A DNA stretch of 64,000 bases from assembly GCA_963754315.1 (NCBI GenBank), contig CAVWFS010000001.1, positions 351,885-415,884 on the forward strand, read 5' to 3'. Position numbers and translations under genes: made by a program. Below, piece after piece: positions 18,807 through 29,108 of the stretch. Each line of letters opens with the position of its first letter. Position 1 is the stretch's first letter. This stretch comes from an uncultured Candidatus Rokubacteria bacterium. Lineage in GTDB: Bacteria > Methylomirabilota > Methylomirabilia > Rokubacteriales > CSP1-6. The notes under the pieces were generated by a model. It worked only from the letters and a program-made list of their open reading frames with translations. It was not told where the DNA came from and searched no databases.

Positions 18807-20621
18807 ATGCGTCCCCTGCGTCCGTGGGATCGGCTGAGCCTGCGGGTCGCCGTCGTGTTCGCCTTGGTGACTGTGCTGGCGGTGGGGCTCGTGGGCGGCG
18901 TCATCTACCAGCGCCAGAAACGCGAGGTCGAGGACACCGTGGGCACCCAGCTGCTCAACATTTCGCGGGTGGCAGCCCTGATGGTTGACCCGACCCTTCA
19001 CGCCGAAGTGCAGCGTACGCGCCGACAAGACTCGGAGGCCTATGCCCGCATCAGCAAGATCCTGGCGACCATCAAGGGTGAGGTGCTGCTGACCACGCCG
19101 ATCTACACGCTCACCGACTACGATGCCCAGGCCCGCCAGGCCCGCGTCATGGTGAGCAGCGGCGGCCCGAGCGTGCCGGGCGAGCCGTATCCGCTCGTGC
19201 CCGAAATCGCCGAGCCGCTCGGGTGGAGCTTCGAGGACGGGGTCGCGCGCTACACGCGCGCCTACCGCAACCAGCGCGGGATGTGGATCTCGGCCTTCGC
19301 CCCCATCGTGGACGCGGCGGGCCGCTCCATAGCGGTTCTGTACGTCGACTACGCGGTCGACATCTACCTGGACCGCCTTCGCGAGTTGCAGCGGAGCATT
19401 CTGCTGGCGTCACTGGCGGGAGGACTGGGCGCCCTGGTCTGCGGGTTGCTGTTCGCCCGTTACCTCACGCGCCCGATCAGCGCGCTCACGGCCGGAGTGG
19501 CCCGGGTGGCGGCCGGAGATCTCGCGCGAACCTTGCCTGTGCGCTCGCGCGACGAGATCGGTCGGCTCACCCAGGCCTTCAACCAGATGCTGGAAGGACT
19601 CCGCCAGCGCGACTTCATTCGCAACGCCTTCGGTCGGTACGTCTCGCCCGAAGTGGCCAAGGCGCTGCTGGAATCCCCGGAGGGCCTCCGCCTCGGCGGC
19701 GAGAAGCGGGAGGTCACCGTCCTCATGTCGGACCTGCGCGGCTACACGCAGTTCGCCGAGCGCGGAGACCCCGCCCGGGTCATGGACGTGCTCAACGAGT
19801 ATTTAGCCCGGATGGCGGAGCTGGTCATCGCGCACGGCGGGACCGTCAACGAGTTCAGCGGGGACGCTGTCTTCGCCATCTTCGGTGCGCCCATCGCGCA
19901 CGCCGATCACGCGGAGCGGGCGGCGGCAGCGGCCATCGCGATGCAGTCGGCCATGGCCGAGATCAACCTTACCCATACGGCCCGCGAGCTGCCGCGGTTC
20001 GAGATGGGGATCGGTATCAACACAGGCGAGGCGGTGGTGGGCAACATCGGATCAGAGCAGCGAGCCAAGTACACGGTCGTGGGCAATGCCGTGAACGTGG
20101 CCGCCCGCGTGGAGAGCTCGACGGTGGGCGGGCAGATTTTCGTGAGCGCCGCCACCTACGAGAAGATCCGAGAACTGGCCGAGGTGACGGGACCGGTGCC
20201 CGTCCAGGTCAAGGGGGTGTCCGAGCCGCTGCTGCTCTACGAGCTCCGGGCGATCGGTGGGCGGTTCGCCCAGCGGCTCCCCGAAGTATCCACCGACGCC
20301 GACCCCCAGGCCGAGGTGACCTTGCCGCTCGTGTGCCATGTCATCGACGGCAAGGTCGTACGCGCGGAGAGCGTGGCCGGCTCCGTCGTGCGTCTCGGGC
20401 CGCGCCACCTGGACGCCCGGATCGATACCGCCCTGGCGCCCCTGACTAACGTCAAGCTTCGCCTCAACTATCCGGGTCTCGGCTTCGACTCCGCCGATCT
20501 CTACGGGAAGGTCGTCCCGTGGGAGGATCCCGCGGCGAGGGGACTCACGCGCATCCGGCTCACGTCGGTGGAGGCCGCGGACCAGAAGGCCATCGAGGCG
20601 ATCATCGCCGACTCGCGCTGA
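18807..20621 (+). CDS. Membrane class III adenylate/guanylate cyclase with periplasmic sensor and HAMP domain
   Basis: Two TM segments, DEIGRLTQAFNQM, VTVLMSDLRGYT, GIGINTGEAVVGNIGS, VNVAARVE. Confidence 0.92.
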   Translation: MRPLRPWDRLSLRVAVVFALVTVLAVGLVGGVIYQRQKREVEDTVGTQLLNISRVAALMVDPTLHAEVQRTRRQDSEAYARISKILATIKGEVLLTTPIYTLTDYDAQARQARVMVSSGGPSVPGEPYPLVPEIAEPLGWSFEDGVARYTRAYRNQRGMWISAFAPIVDAAGRSIAVLYVDYAVDIYLDRLRELQRSILLASLAGGLGALVCGLLFARYLTRPISALTAGVARVAAGDLARTLPVRSRDEIGRLTQAFNQMLEGLRQRDFIRNAFGRYVSPEVAKALLESPEGLRLGGEKREVTVLMSDLRGYTQFAERGDPARVMDVLNEYLARMAELVIAHGGTVNEFSGDAVFAIFGAPIAHADHAERAAAAAIAMQSAMAEINLTHTARELPRFEMGIGINTGEAVVGNIGSEQRAKYTVVGNAVNVAARVESSTVGGQIFVSAATYEKIRELAEVTGPVPVQVKGVSEPLLLYELRAIGGRFAQRLPEVSTDADPQAEVTLPLVCHVIDGKVVRAESVAGSVVRLGPRHLDARIDTALAPLTNVKLRLNYPGLGFDSADLYGKVVPWEDPAARGLTRIRLTSVEAADQKAIEAIIADSR

Positions 20622-20671
20622 TCGCGGCGCCGTTTTCGAGGGAAATCGCGGGTGAGTGGTACCATCGGTCC

Positions 20672-23036
20672 GTGATCCTGCGGCTCGTCTTGATTCTGGC
20701 GATGGCGTTGCTCATCTTCCCTGCGATGGCCACCTCCTCCTCCCACGACTTTGCGGAGATCGACACGGTCACGCGCGAGGCCATCGCCTCGGGTGAGATA
20801 CCGGGGGCGGTGGTGCTGGTGGGGCGCGGGTCGGAGGTGCTCTACCTGCGCGCCTTCGGCCAGCGGGCGGTCATCCCCGAATCGGCGCCGATGACGCCGA
20901 CCACGATCTTCGACATCGCCTCCCTCACCAAGCCCCTCGGCACCACCCTGGCCGTGATGGCGTTGGCCGAGCGCGGCAAGATCTCACTGGACGCCCCATT
21001 GGGACGCTATCTGTCAGAGTTCGACGGTGGCGGGTTCAGGGAGGTCACCATTCGCCGCATGCTCACCCACAGCGCTGGGTTCCCTGGCATCGTTCCGGAG
21101 ACCACCCTGAATGGCGGCTTCCCCCGCGCCGCACGCGCCTTGGCCCAGCTCAAGCTCGATTACCCCCCTGGCACCGGTTTCCAGTACAGCGACGTCGGCT
21201 TCATGCTTCTGGGGGAAGTCGTGCGGCGGGTGAGCGGTGAGCCGCTCGATCGCTACCTGACGCGAGCCTTCGTCAAGCCGATGGGCTTGCGCGATACATC
21301 ATTCAGACCTCCGACGTCGGCGCGCGCCCGCCTGGCCCCCACGGAGCGCTTCAATGGAGCGTGGTTCTCGGGGATGGTGCACGATCCCCGCGCGCGCGTG
21401 CTGGGCGGGGTGGCCGGCCACGCCGGCATGTTCTCGACCGCCTCCGATCTGGCTCGCTTCTGCCAGATGTTGACGGCAGAAGGCGTGCTGGACGGTCGCC
21501 GGTACCTCAAGACCGAGACCGTGCGGACCATGTGGACACGCTCGTGGGAGGGCAACGGCACGCGCGCGCTGGGGTGGGATGTGATCTCGACCTATGCGAC
21601 GGGCATGGCCCCGTTCTTTCCCGAGGGCTCGGTCGGCCACACCGGCTTCACCGGAACGTCGATCTGGATCGATCCGGCCAGTCGAACGTACCTCATCATC
21701 CTGACCAACCGCGTCCACCCGACGGGCGGGGGAGCGGCTCGCATTCGTGAGCTGAGAACGCGGGTGACTGCGGCCGCGGGAGCAGCCCTCTTCGCGACCG
21801 AGGCGCCGACCCGACTGGCGGCCAGCGCCGTTCCCGTCGTGTCCACCGAGTCGCCGGAGCCGGCGCTTCACGGCGCGTCGGCAGCCGAGCCAACCACGGC
21901 GCCGACGGTCAAGGTGAAGTCAGGACTGGATGTGCTGGCCGCCCAGAACTTCGCGCAGCTCAGCAGCCAGTCGGTCGGGCTTGTCGTCAACCACACGAGT
22001 CTCGACTCGAGCGGCCGGCGAGCCATTGACCTGGTAGCGGGGGCGCCTGGCGTGCGTCTGAAGGCCATCTTCGCTCCCGAGCACGGCATCACGGGCCAGG
22101 TGGACGAGAAGATCCCACACGGTCGCGACGTCGACCACCGGTCTACCCATCTGGAGCCTGTACGGTCCGACCCTGCGCCCGAGCACGAGCCAGCTCAAGG
22201 AGATCAATGTCCTCGTCTTCGACATCCAGGACGTTGGGGCGCGCTACTACACATACCTGACCACGCTCGTCTACGTGCTGGAGGAAGCAGCCGCCCGCGG
22301 CATCTCGGTGGTGGTGCTCGATCGGCCCAACCCCATCACGGGGCGGGTCGTCGAGGGCCCTCTGATGGATCCCGATCTCAGGTCCTTCACGGCGCCGCAC
22401 ACGATCCCCGTCCGCACGGGAATGACCATCGGCGAGTTCGCCCGTATGGTGGCGGCCGAGCGGAAAATCCCGGTATCACTCACGGTGGTGCCCCTCGAGG
22501 GCTGGGACCGCGGGCGCTGGTATGACGAGACGGGGCTCGCCTGGGTGAACCCCTCGCCGAATATCCGCTCGGTGCGGCAGGCGCTGCTCTATTCGGGTGT
22601 CGGGTTGCTCGAGGCGACGAACCTATCGGTGGGACGGGGGACGGAGACGCCGTTCGAGGTGGTGGGCGCGCCGTGGATCGAGCCGACCGGGCTGGCGGAG
22701 GCAATGAACCGGCTGCGGCTGGCCGGAATACGCTTCGAGCCCATCACCTTCACGCCGACGGCCAGCGTGTACGCTCGCGTGTCGTGCGGCGGCCTGCGGC
22801 TCGTCGTCACCGATCGCGAGATCGTGCGGCCGGTGACGGTCGCGCTCGCCCTGGCCGGTCAGCTGCGCGCCCGTCACCGCGACCAGTTCAGGCCGGAGGC
22901 CATCCAGAACCTCCTCGTGAACCGATCGACGATGTGGGCCTTCCTCCGCGGCGACACTCTGGACCGTGTCTTGGCCTGGTCCAACAACGACCGCGCAAGC
23001 TTCCTGAACCGCCGCGCGTCGTATCTCATGTACTGA
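20672..23036 (+). CDS. Fused serine hydrolase (beta-lactamase family) and DUF1343 exo-beta-N-acetylmuramidase (NamZ-like); frameshift near 22135
   Basis: FDIASLTK, YSDVGF, GVAGHAG, GHTGFTG, then IFAPEHG, FDIQDVGARYYTY, LDRPNP, PSPNI, LSVGRGT. Confidence 0.88.
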
Positions 23037-23118
23037 CGGGCGCGCGCGCGGCCTGCCCCAGGAGCGGACGCATCGGGGCGCCTCGGCGAGCTGATCGGAG
23101 CAAATCGACTGTCCTTAA

Positions 23119-23890
23119 GAGGAGATGAAGGGTGGGGAGTGTATGTGGCGGTGACGTGTGTAGGACGGCGCGGGCGACCGGAGGGTCAGTTGTGGAAGAG
23201 CGGTGAAGAGAGGAAGATGAGTAGAAGATGAATGGAAGGGGAGTGGTGGAAGAGTAGAGGATAGGGATTAGAGAGAGGAAAAAAGAGATTGAGAAGATGT
23301 GAGATTGGTATAGAAAGAGGAGAAGAGAGATAGTGAGAGGATGATAGGTAGGTTTCGAGGAGAGGGTGAGAGAGAGGGAAGATGAGAGGTAGGTAGAGAG
23401 AGAGGAATAAAGAAAAAGAGAAGAAGAAAGAAAGAAAAAGAGAGAGAAGAAGAGAGAAAGAGAAGATGAGAGAAAGATAGAGAGAGAGGATTATAGTAAC
23501 TGGGATGACGACAGATCGGCCTAGAGCGCGAAGATTTGCTCTAGGGAAGAAGAGAGGTAGAAAACATTTTATCCTCTTGTACCTGATATGTAGAGTGCTG
23601 TAGGAAATGGGATGGTGAATATGATAGAGAAGAAAGAGGGATAAGTAGAGAGAATAGAGAGAAAGAGATGGCGCGGTATAAGAGAGAATTGTTGGTGATA
23701 AGGACAAGAAGCTTGAGAAAGATATAAATAAAAAGAGAGAAGGGATAGGGATTAGACGACTGGCAGGAAGTGATATAGATAACTGAGAAATGAAGTGTAA
23801 ACAAAGAGGGATACGAGCTTCTCGCCGTAAGTTTCGTAAAATGGGCTTATCGGAGAAGGAGGGGGCGTATAGGGAAGGGTGGGCTAGAGA
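23119..23890. other. Low-complexity A/G-rich tract, probably a low-quality consensus segment
   Basis: Abrupt loss of C and of GC richness; irregular GA/AGA runs; no credible ORF. Confidence 0.75.
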
Positions 23891-24085
23891 ACTTCTAGGC
23901 GGAAGGCCTACACCGCGAAACGTGCTTCTGCCTCGTCGACCTCGGCGGCGAGCTCCCGGTAGCTGCGCGCGCGGCCACCTTGCGGGCGACGCTCGCGCGG
24001 TCGACGCGCAGCGCCACCGAGCGGGAGGTCCGCGTCGGCGGGCCCGTGAGCGGAATCGCCAGGTTGTGTGCAGCGTCCTCGAAAA

Positions 24086-25039
24086 TCAGCGTTCGACCAC
24101 GCGGAGACCTACCGGCAGGGCGGTCTTGAGCTTGGCTCGCTGGCCGGGGGGAACGGTAATCTCGTCAGGGTTGCCGTCGCTTACGAAGCGCTCGTGGGGC
24201 CGCTGCTCGAAGTAACTGAGCCAGTAGTCGAGGTCACGCTGGACGGCTTGGATGCGCGGCAGCCGCAAGGAATCGAAGGCGTTCGCGAAGGGCGAGGGCG
24301 CGGCGCCACCGGCGACCATCAGGATGGCGTCGTTCTCGTACGTGGTCCCCTTGGCGGTCCCCCGGCGGGCCCACTGCACGTCCTTAGGATACACGCCGTG
24401 CGGGAGGGCGAGGGTACGCATCCGGTAGTCGGGGACGTGGCGCTGGACCCACTGCTGGGCCTCGGCAATCTGCGCGCGTACCGTCTTCTCGTCGTACTTG
24501 CCCAGATTGGCGTGCCAGAGCGTGTGGTTGCCGATCTCGAAGCCCCGGCTGACCAGATACTGGAGCTTGCGCCCCTCGTGCTCGGGCTGGTCGAACAGGC
24601 GGTTCGGACGGCTGGCGCCGGGCAGCACGTAGAAGGTCGCGACATGGCCGAACTCGGGATGCTCTCCGGCGAAGGCTTCGAGGATGGCCACGGCAGATTT
24701 GGGATCGATTCTGAGCGTGCCGTTCTGGGTCAGGTAACGAAACTGGCCCGGCGACGAGTCGTCGAACGTCAGCACCACCGGGGTGGTGCCGGCCGGCACC
24801 GCGATGCGTCCTTCGAGGAGCGCGTTCAGCGCAACCAGGCGGTAGCCGGCCTTGTAGAGACGCTCGAGGTCGCGCCGGAAGTTCTCGGGGGTGCGCGTCC
24901 ACCGTTCCTCCGGGTAGTCGATCTTGTGGTACTCGAGAATCATGATCCGCCCCAGCTCGTTGGGGGACAGCGGGCCCGCATGCCCGGGCCCATGAGAGAG
25001 CACGGCCAAGGCGAGGGCGAGGAGGGAGAGACGGATCAC
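24086..25039 (-). CDS. Secreted polysaccharide deacetylase
   Basis: ILEYHKI, PVVLTFDDS, FEIGNHTLWH, LALPHG; GTG start overlaps upstream stop. Confidence 0.88.
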   Translation of the reverse strand: MIRLSLLALALAVLSHGPGHAGPLSPNELGRIMILEYHKIDYPEERWTRTPENFRRDLERLYKAGYRLVALNALLEGRIAVPAGTTPVVLTFDDSSPGQFRYLTQNGTLRIDPKSAVAILEAFAGEHPEFGHVATFYVLPGASRPNRLFDQPEHEGRKLQYLVSRGFEIGNHTLWHANLGKYDEKTVRAQIAEAQQWVQRHVPDYRMRTLALPHGVYPKDVQWARRGTAKGTTYENDAILMVAGGAAPSPFANAFDSLRLPRIQAVQRDLDYWLSYFEQRPHERFVSDGNPDEITVPPGQRAKLKTALPVGLRVVER

Positions 25040-26526
25040 CGGGCTGCGAGCGACCTCTCTGGGGCAAGAGCCTTGCCCGTGTAGTCGTTCTTCGGATTCC
25101 AGAGCATCCAACCGGTGGCCCCGCCTTGCTGCGCGCCTCTGATCTGGGCGCGGACCTCGGCCACCCCAAAGTAGCGCCGGTCGAAAGCGTAATCCCTGAA
25201 GTCCTGCAGCCAGGGGCGAATGCGAACATTCGTGTGAGCGGCCCGCTGCCGTGTCAGCCGGATGCTCTCGTGGATGACCCGGTAGGGATTGGACATCGGG
25301 TTGCGGGTGCCTGGAATACCGACGTGATACCCGGATGGATACACCATGGGACAGAGGTAGTCGACGTGCGGCGCCAGCTCCTCGATGCGCTGGCCGATGT
25401 CGGTGTCGTTCTCGTTGAAGGCTGTGTAGCCGAAGATGTCGGCGCCCACGAAGCCGCCGGTGGGTCCGATTTCCCGCCGGGCCCGCTCCAGGAAACCGGC
25501 GATGGCGGGCAACCGTGTTTCCTTGGTGTTCGGCTTGGCATAACGGGCAGCCGAGAGACGCCCGTCGGTCGGGAAACGCACGTAGTCGAACTGCACCTCG
25601 TCGAACCCCTTGCGGATGGCCTCCCGGGCGATGGCGATGTTGTAGTTCCACACCTCCTCCCGGAAGGGGTCCACCCAGGCGAGCTTCTCGTTATCGATCC
25701 AGGGCTTGCCGGTGCGGGTATCGATGATGGCGAGGTCGGGGCGGTGGTTGGCGAGGACGTTATCCTTGAAGACCACGATCCGGGCGATGGTGTAAATTCC
25801 TCGACCTTTGAGGTCGAGCAGCATGCCCTCGACATCCTTGAGGATGACGGGCCCCTGGGCCACGGCCTCGCGCGCCAGCGGGACCTCCGTGACCCACGGA
25901 ATCCAGCCCCGGTCGCCCTTGACGTCGATGACCACGGCGTTGAGCTCGGTCTGAGCCACGAGCTCGAGGACACGGTCACGGATCTTCCGATCGCTGACCC
26001 CGTAGTACGTGAGGTAGGCCGCCTTCACCACGTGCTCCTTCAGGACGATGTCGAACGGCCCTGGCGTGGGTGACAGGATCCGCTTCTCGAAACCAGGTGC
26101 CTTGACGATGAGCGATGCCCCCGGAGGAGGCGTCTCGAACGTGAAGGCCCCCTCCCGGTCGGTCCGGAGCTCGACGCCGTTGAGCACGACCGAGGCCCCC
26201 GCGATTGGCTTGCGGCCTGCCTCCAGGACTCTGCCTGCGAGTGGCTGGGGCCACGTGGCGAGGTCGGTAGAGGCGACCGACGCGGGCGCGCTCGCAGCGG
26301 GAGCGCTGGCGTCGGGAGCGGGGGGCTTCGGCGCCTTGGTGGCTACGCGCGGGGCCGGCACCGTACGGCGTGGCCGGGTGGCGGCTGAAGGACGCGCGGA
26401 CACCGCTGACCGTGCGGGGGCCTTTCGCGGAGCCGAGAGTCTCTCGGCGCCGACCGGATTCGGCTGGAGAACCTCGTAGGCAAACAGGGCGGCCACGAGA
26501 ACGGGGAGCACGGCGAGACGAATCAC
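25036..26526 (-). CDS. Putative glycoside hydrolase (DUF4015-like) with N-terminal carboxypeptidase-regulatory-like domain
   Basis: LNAVVIDVKGDRG, IARIVVFKD, GFDEVQFDYVRFP, PMVYPS, RPWLQDF, WMLWNP. Confidence 0.85.
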   Translation of the reverse strand: MIRLAVLPVLVAALFAYEVLQPNPVGAERLSAPRKAPARSAVSARPSAATRPRRTVPAPRVATKAPKPPAPDASAPAASAPASVASTDLATWPQPLAGRVLEAGRKPIAGASVVLNGVELRTDREGAFTFETPPPGASLIVKAPGFEKRILSPTPGPFDIVLKEHVVKAAYLTYYGVSDRKIRDRVLELVAQTELNAVVIDVKGDRGWIPWVTEVPLAREAVAQGPVILKDVEGMLLDLKGRGIYTIARIVVFKDNVLANHRPDLAIIDTRTGKPWIDNEKLAWVDPFREEVWNYNIAIAREAIRKGFDEVQFDYVRFPTDGRLSAARYAKPNTKETRLPAIAGFLERARREIGPTGGFVGADIFGYTAFNENDTDIGQRIEELAPHVDYLCPMVYPSGYHVGIPGTRNPMSNPYRVIHESIRLTRQRAAHTNVRIRPWLQDFRDYAFDRRYFGVAEVRAQIRGAQQGGATGWMLWNPKNDYTGKALAPERSLAAR

Positions 26527-26646
26527 GTGAGAACCTCGTTGCTGACCGACGCGCATTCGATATCGCAGGAGATGAGGCACCCATGCACGCTACCCGCTCG
26601 ATATTCGCGGGACCAAGAAAATTCGTCCGCCGGGTACAATTGTTCT

Positions 26647-27489
26647 GTGCCTCCTCGCTCATTCGGCTGCCAGCGCGCTCGCAGCCGGCGCGTGCGCGCG
26701 GGCTCCCTGTCGCTGCACCTTCTGGAGTGGGGAGCCCCCGGCCGCCCCGCGCTCTGCTTCCTCCACGGAGGTGCTGCCCACGCTCACTGGTTCGATGAGG
26801 TAACTGCATCGTTCGAGGATCGGTTTCACGTGATCTCCCTCGACCAGCGGGGTCACGGCCAGAGCGACTGGCCCGAGACAGCCGCCTACGGGACCGAGGA
26901 CTTCGCGGGCGACCTGGTGCCCGTGATGGACGCGCTCGGCTGGCGGCAGATGGTCGTCGTCGGCCACTCGATGGGCGGCCACAACGCCATGGCCTTTGCT
27001 GCCTGGTATCCCGAGCGGGTGCAGGGGCTGGTCGTCGTGGATGCCCGGCCGGTCATTCCGGATGACCGGCTTGTCCTCATGCACCGTCGTGGTCGGCGCC
27101 CCCTGTGGTACCACCCGACGAGGGAGGCGGCCGTTGCGGCCTTCCGCCTGCTCCCCCGCGAGACCACGGCCGACCCGGCCCTGCTCGAGCACCTGGCGCG
27201 GGAGGGGGTGGTGCAGCGCGACGGGGGCTGGGTTTACCGCTTCGACCCGACCGCGAACGCTGCCCGCAAGCCTGTCGATGCCTGGACGCTCCTCGACCGG
27301 ATCACGGCCCCGACCCTGATCGCGCGCGCCGAGCTCTCACCGGTGTTGCCGCGCGAGCAGGCCACCCGGCTCGTCAGTTCCATCGCGCGGGCCACCCTGG
27401 TGGAGATTCCGGGTGCCTATCACCACGTGACCCTCGACCGGCCGAAGGAATTCACGCAGGTGCTCGAGGAGTTTCTGGGAAAGCTTTAA
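26647..27489 (+). CDS. Alpha/beta hydrolase
   Basis: FLHGG, DQRGHG, GHSMGG, GAYHH; TACAAT 6 nt before the GTG. Confidence 0.9.
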   Translation: MPPRSFGCQRARSRRVRAGSLSLHLLEWGAPGRPALCFLHGGAAHAHWFDEVTASFEDRFHVISLDQRGHGQSDWPETAAYGTEDFAGDLVPVMDALGWRQMVVVGHSMGGHNAMAFAAWYPERVQGLVVVDARPVIPDDRLVLMHRRGRRPLWYHPTREAAVAAFRLLPRETTADPALLEHLAREGVVQRDGGWVYRFDPTANAARKPVDAWTLLDRITAPTLIARAELSPVLPREQATRLVSSIARATLVEIPGAYHHVTLDRPKEFTQVLEEFLGKL

Positions 27490-27508
27490 GCTCGAGCTGA
27501 GCGGGATC

Positions 27509-28228
27509 TCAGACGGTGGCGGAGTGGAGGGCGATTGTGCCGAGCGCAAGGCGGCGGAAGCTGACGGCGCGGAGGCCAATTCGTTCCATCAGCCGCGCCA
27601 GCTCGGGCGGGCTGAGGAACCGTTCGACGGAATCGGGTAGGTAGGTGTAGGCCTGCCGGTCGCCCGCCACGACGGCGCCTATGGCCGGCACGACCCGATG
27701 GAAATAGACACCGAAGACGGCGCCCCACACAGGGACATCGGGCCGCGTGATCTCGAGGCTCACGACGCGCCCTCCGCGCTTCGTCACCCGACGCATCTCC
27801 ACGAGCCCGTGCTCGAGACTCTCGAGGTTGCGGAGCAGAAAGGCTGAGGTCACCGCGGCAAACGTCGCGTCAGGAAAGGGCAGGGCCAGGGCGTCGGCGG
27901 CGGCCAATGGGATTCGCGGGTGTCCCGTGGTTTGCAGCTTCAGGCGCGCCTGGGCCAGCATGCCTTCGGAGAAGTCGGCGCCGATCACCAATCGCCTGGG
28001 GTCTGCGGCGCAGACGGCCAAGGCCAGATCGGCCGTGCCGGTGGCCAGATCGAGCACGGGACCAGCCGGCGCATCGACGACGGCGCGCGCCACAAGCCGA
28101 CGCCAAGCGTGGTGGCGGCCGCCGGTCATCAGCGAATTCATCAGGTCGTAGCGCCGCGCGATGCGCGTGAACATCGTGCTGACGTTGCGGGCCGAGGGGC
28201 CTGACACAGCCGGCCTCACCTTCACCAC
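27509..28228 (-). CDS. ubiE: Demethylmenaquinone/ubiquinone methyltransferase
   Basis: IARRYDLMN, VLDLATGTAD, ADALALPF, AYTYLPDSV. Confidence 0.9.
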   Translation of the reverse strand: MVKVRPAVSGPSARNVSTMFTRIARRYDLMNSLMTGGRHHAWRRLVARAVVDAPAGPVLDLATGTADLALAVCAADPRRLVIGADFSEGMLAQARLKLQTTGHPRIPLAAADALALPFPDATFAAVTSAFLLRNLESLEHGLVEMRRVTKRGGRVVSLEITRPDVPVWGAVFGVYFHRVVPAIGAVVAGDRQAYTYLPDSVERFLSPPELARLMERIGLRAVSFRRLALGTIALHSATV

Positions 28229-28259
28229 CAGAGCTCCGTCACCGCTGGATTCTGCGTCC

Positions 28260-29108
28260 TCACCACCAGAGGCCGGTTACCACCGCCACCAGCATGATCA
28301 CCGCGATGTAGCCGTTGACGTTGAAGAAGGCGATGTCGAGCCGTGAGAGGTCGCGCGGACTTACCAGTGAGTGCTCATAGACAAAGAGCGCCACCACCGC
28401 CGCCCAGCCCACCCAGTAGAAAGGGCCAAGCCCCTCCATCCACCCGAGCGCAGCCAGGGCCAGCGCCGTCAGCGCGTGGTTGATGCGCGCGAGGGCGAGC
28501 GCAGGGCCCACCCCGAAGCGGGCGGGGACAGAGTGAAGTCCCTGGGCACGGTCGACCTCGACGTCCTGGCAGGCATAGATGAGGTCGAAGCCGGCGATCC
28601 ACACCGTCACCGCGAACCACAGCACCAGGGCCGGCGCATCGAACTGGGCGCGCACGGCGATCCAGCCGGCGCCCGCTGCAATCCCGTCGGTGAAGCCGAG
28701 GATCCAGTGAGAGAGCCACGTGAAGCGCTTCGTGTAGGAGTAGCCGACGAGAAATGCGAGGGCCAGCGGGGCCAGCACGAGACACAGGCGATTGAGCATG
28801 CCAGCGGCGACGAACATCAGCACCGCCCCTGCCAGCGCCAGCAGGCGCAAGGTGCTGACCTTCAGGGTGCCCCGCGGGAGGTGGCGGCCTGCGGTGCGCG
28901 GGTTGCGCGCGTCCAGGTGACGGTCGATCACCCGGTTGGCGGCCATCGCGCACGTGCGCGCGCCGGCCATGGCGAGGGTGACCCAGATCACCGCCCACCA
29001 GCCCGGCCAGCCTCCCGCCGCCAGCACCATGGCGATATAGGCGAAGGGCAGCGCGAAGACGGTGTGCTCGAACTTGATGGCGTCCAGCAGGTGGCGGACG
29101 GTGCTCAG
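28260..29108 (-). CDS. ubiA: UbiA-family prenyltransferase (MqnP-like)
   Basis: IKFEHTVFALPFA, NRVIDRHLDARNPRT, YSYTKRFT, GFDLIYACQD; start codon uncertain. Confidence 0.9.
   Translation of the reverse strand: MSTVRHLLDAIKFEHTVFALPFAYIAMVLAAGGWPGWWAVIWVTLAMAGARTCAMAANRVIDRHLDARNPRTAGRHLPRGTLKVSTLRLLALAGAVLMFVAAGMLNRLCLVLAPLALAFLVGYSYTKRFTWLSHWILGFTDGIAAGAGWIAVRAQFDAPALVLWFAVTVWIAGFDLIYACQDVEVDRAQGLHSVPARFGVGPALALARINHALTALALAALGWMEGLGPFYWVGWAAVVALFVYEHSLVSPRDLSRLDIAFFNVNGYIAVIMLVAVVTGLWW

Noticed and set aside
23186..23804. Leu/Ser/Phe-rich ORFs as membrane proteins
   Set aside because: These are translations of the low-complexity tract.
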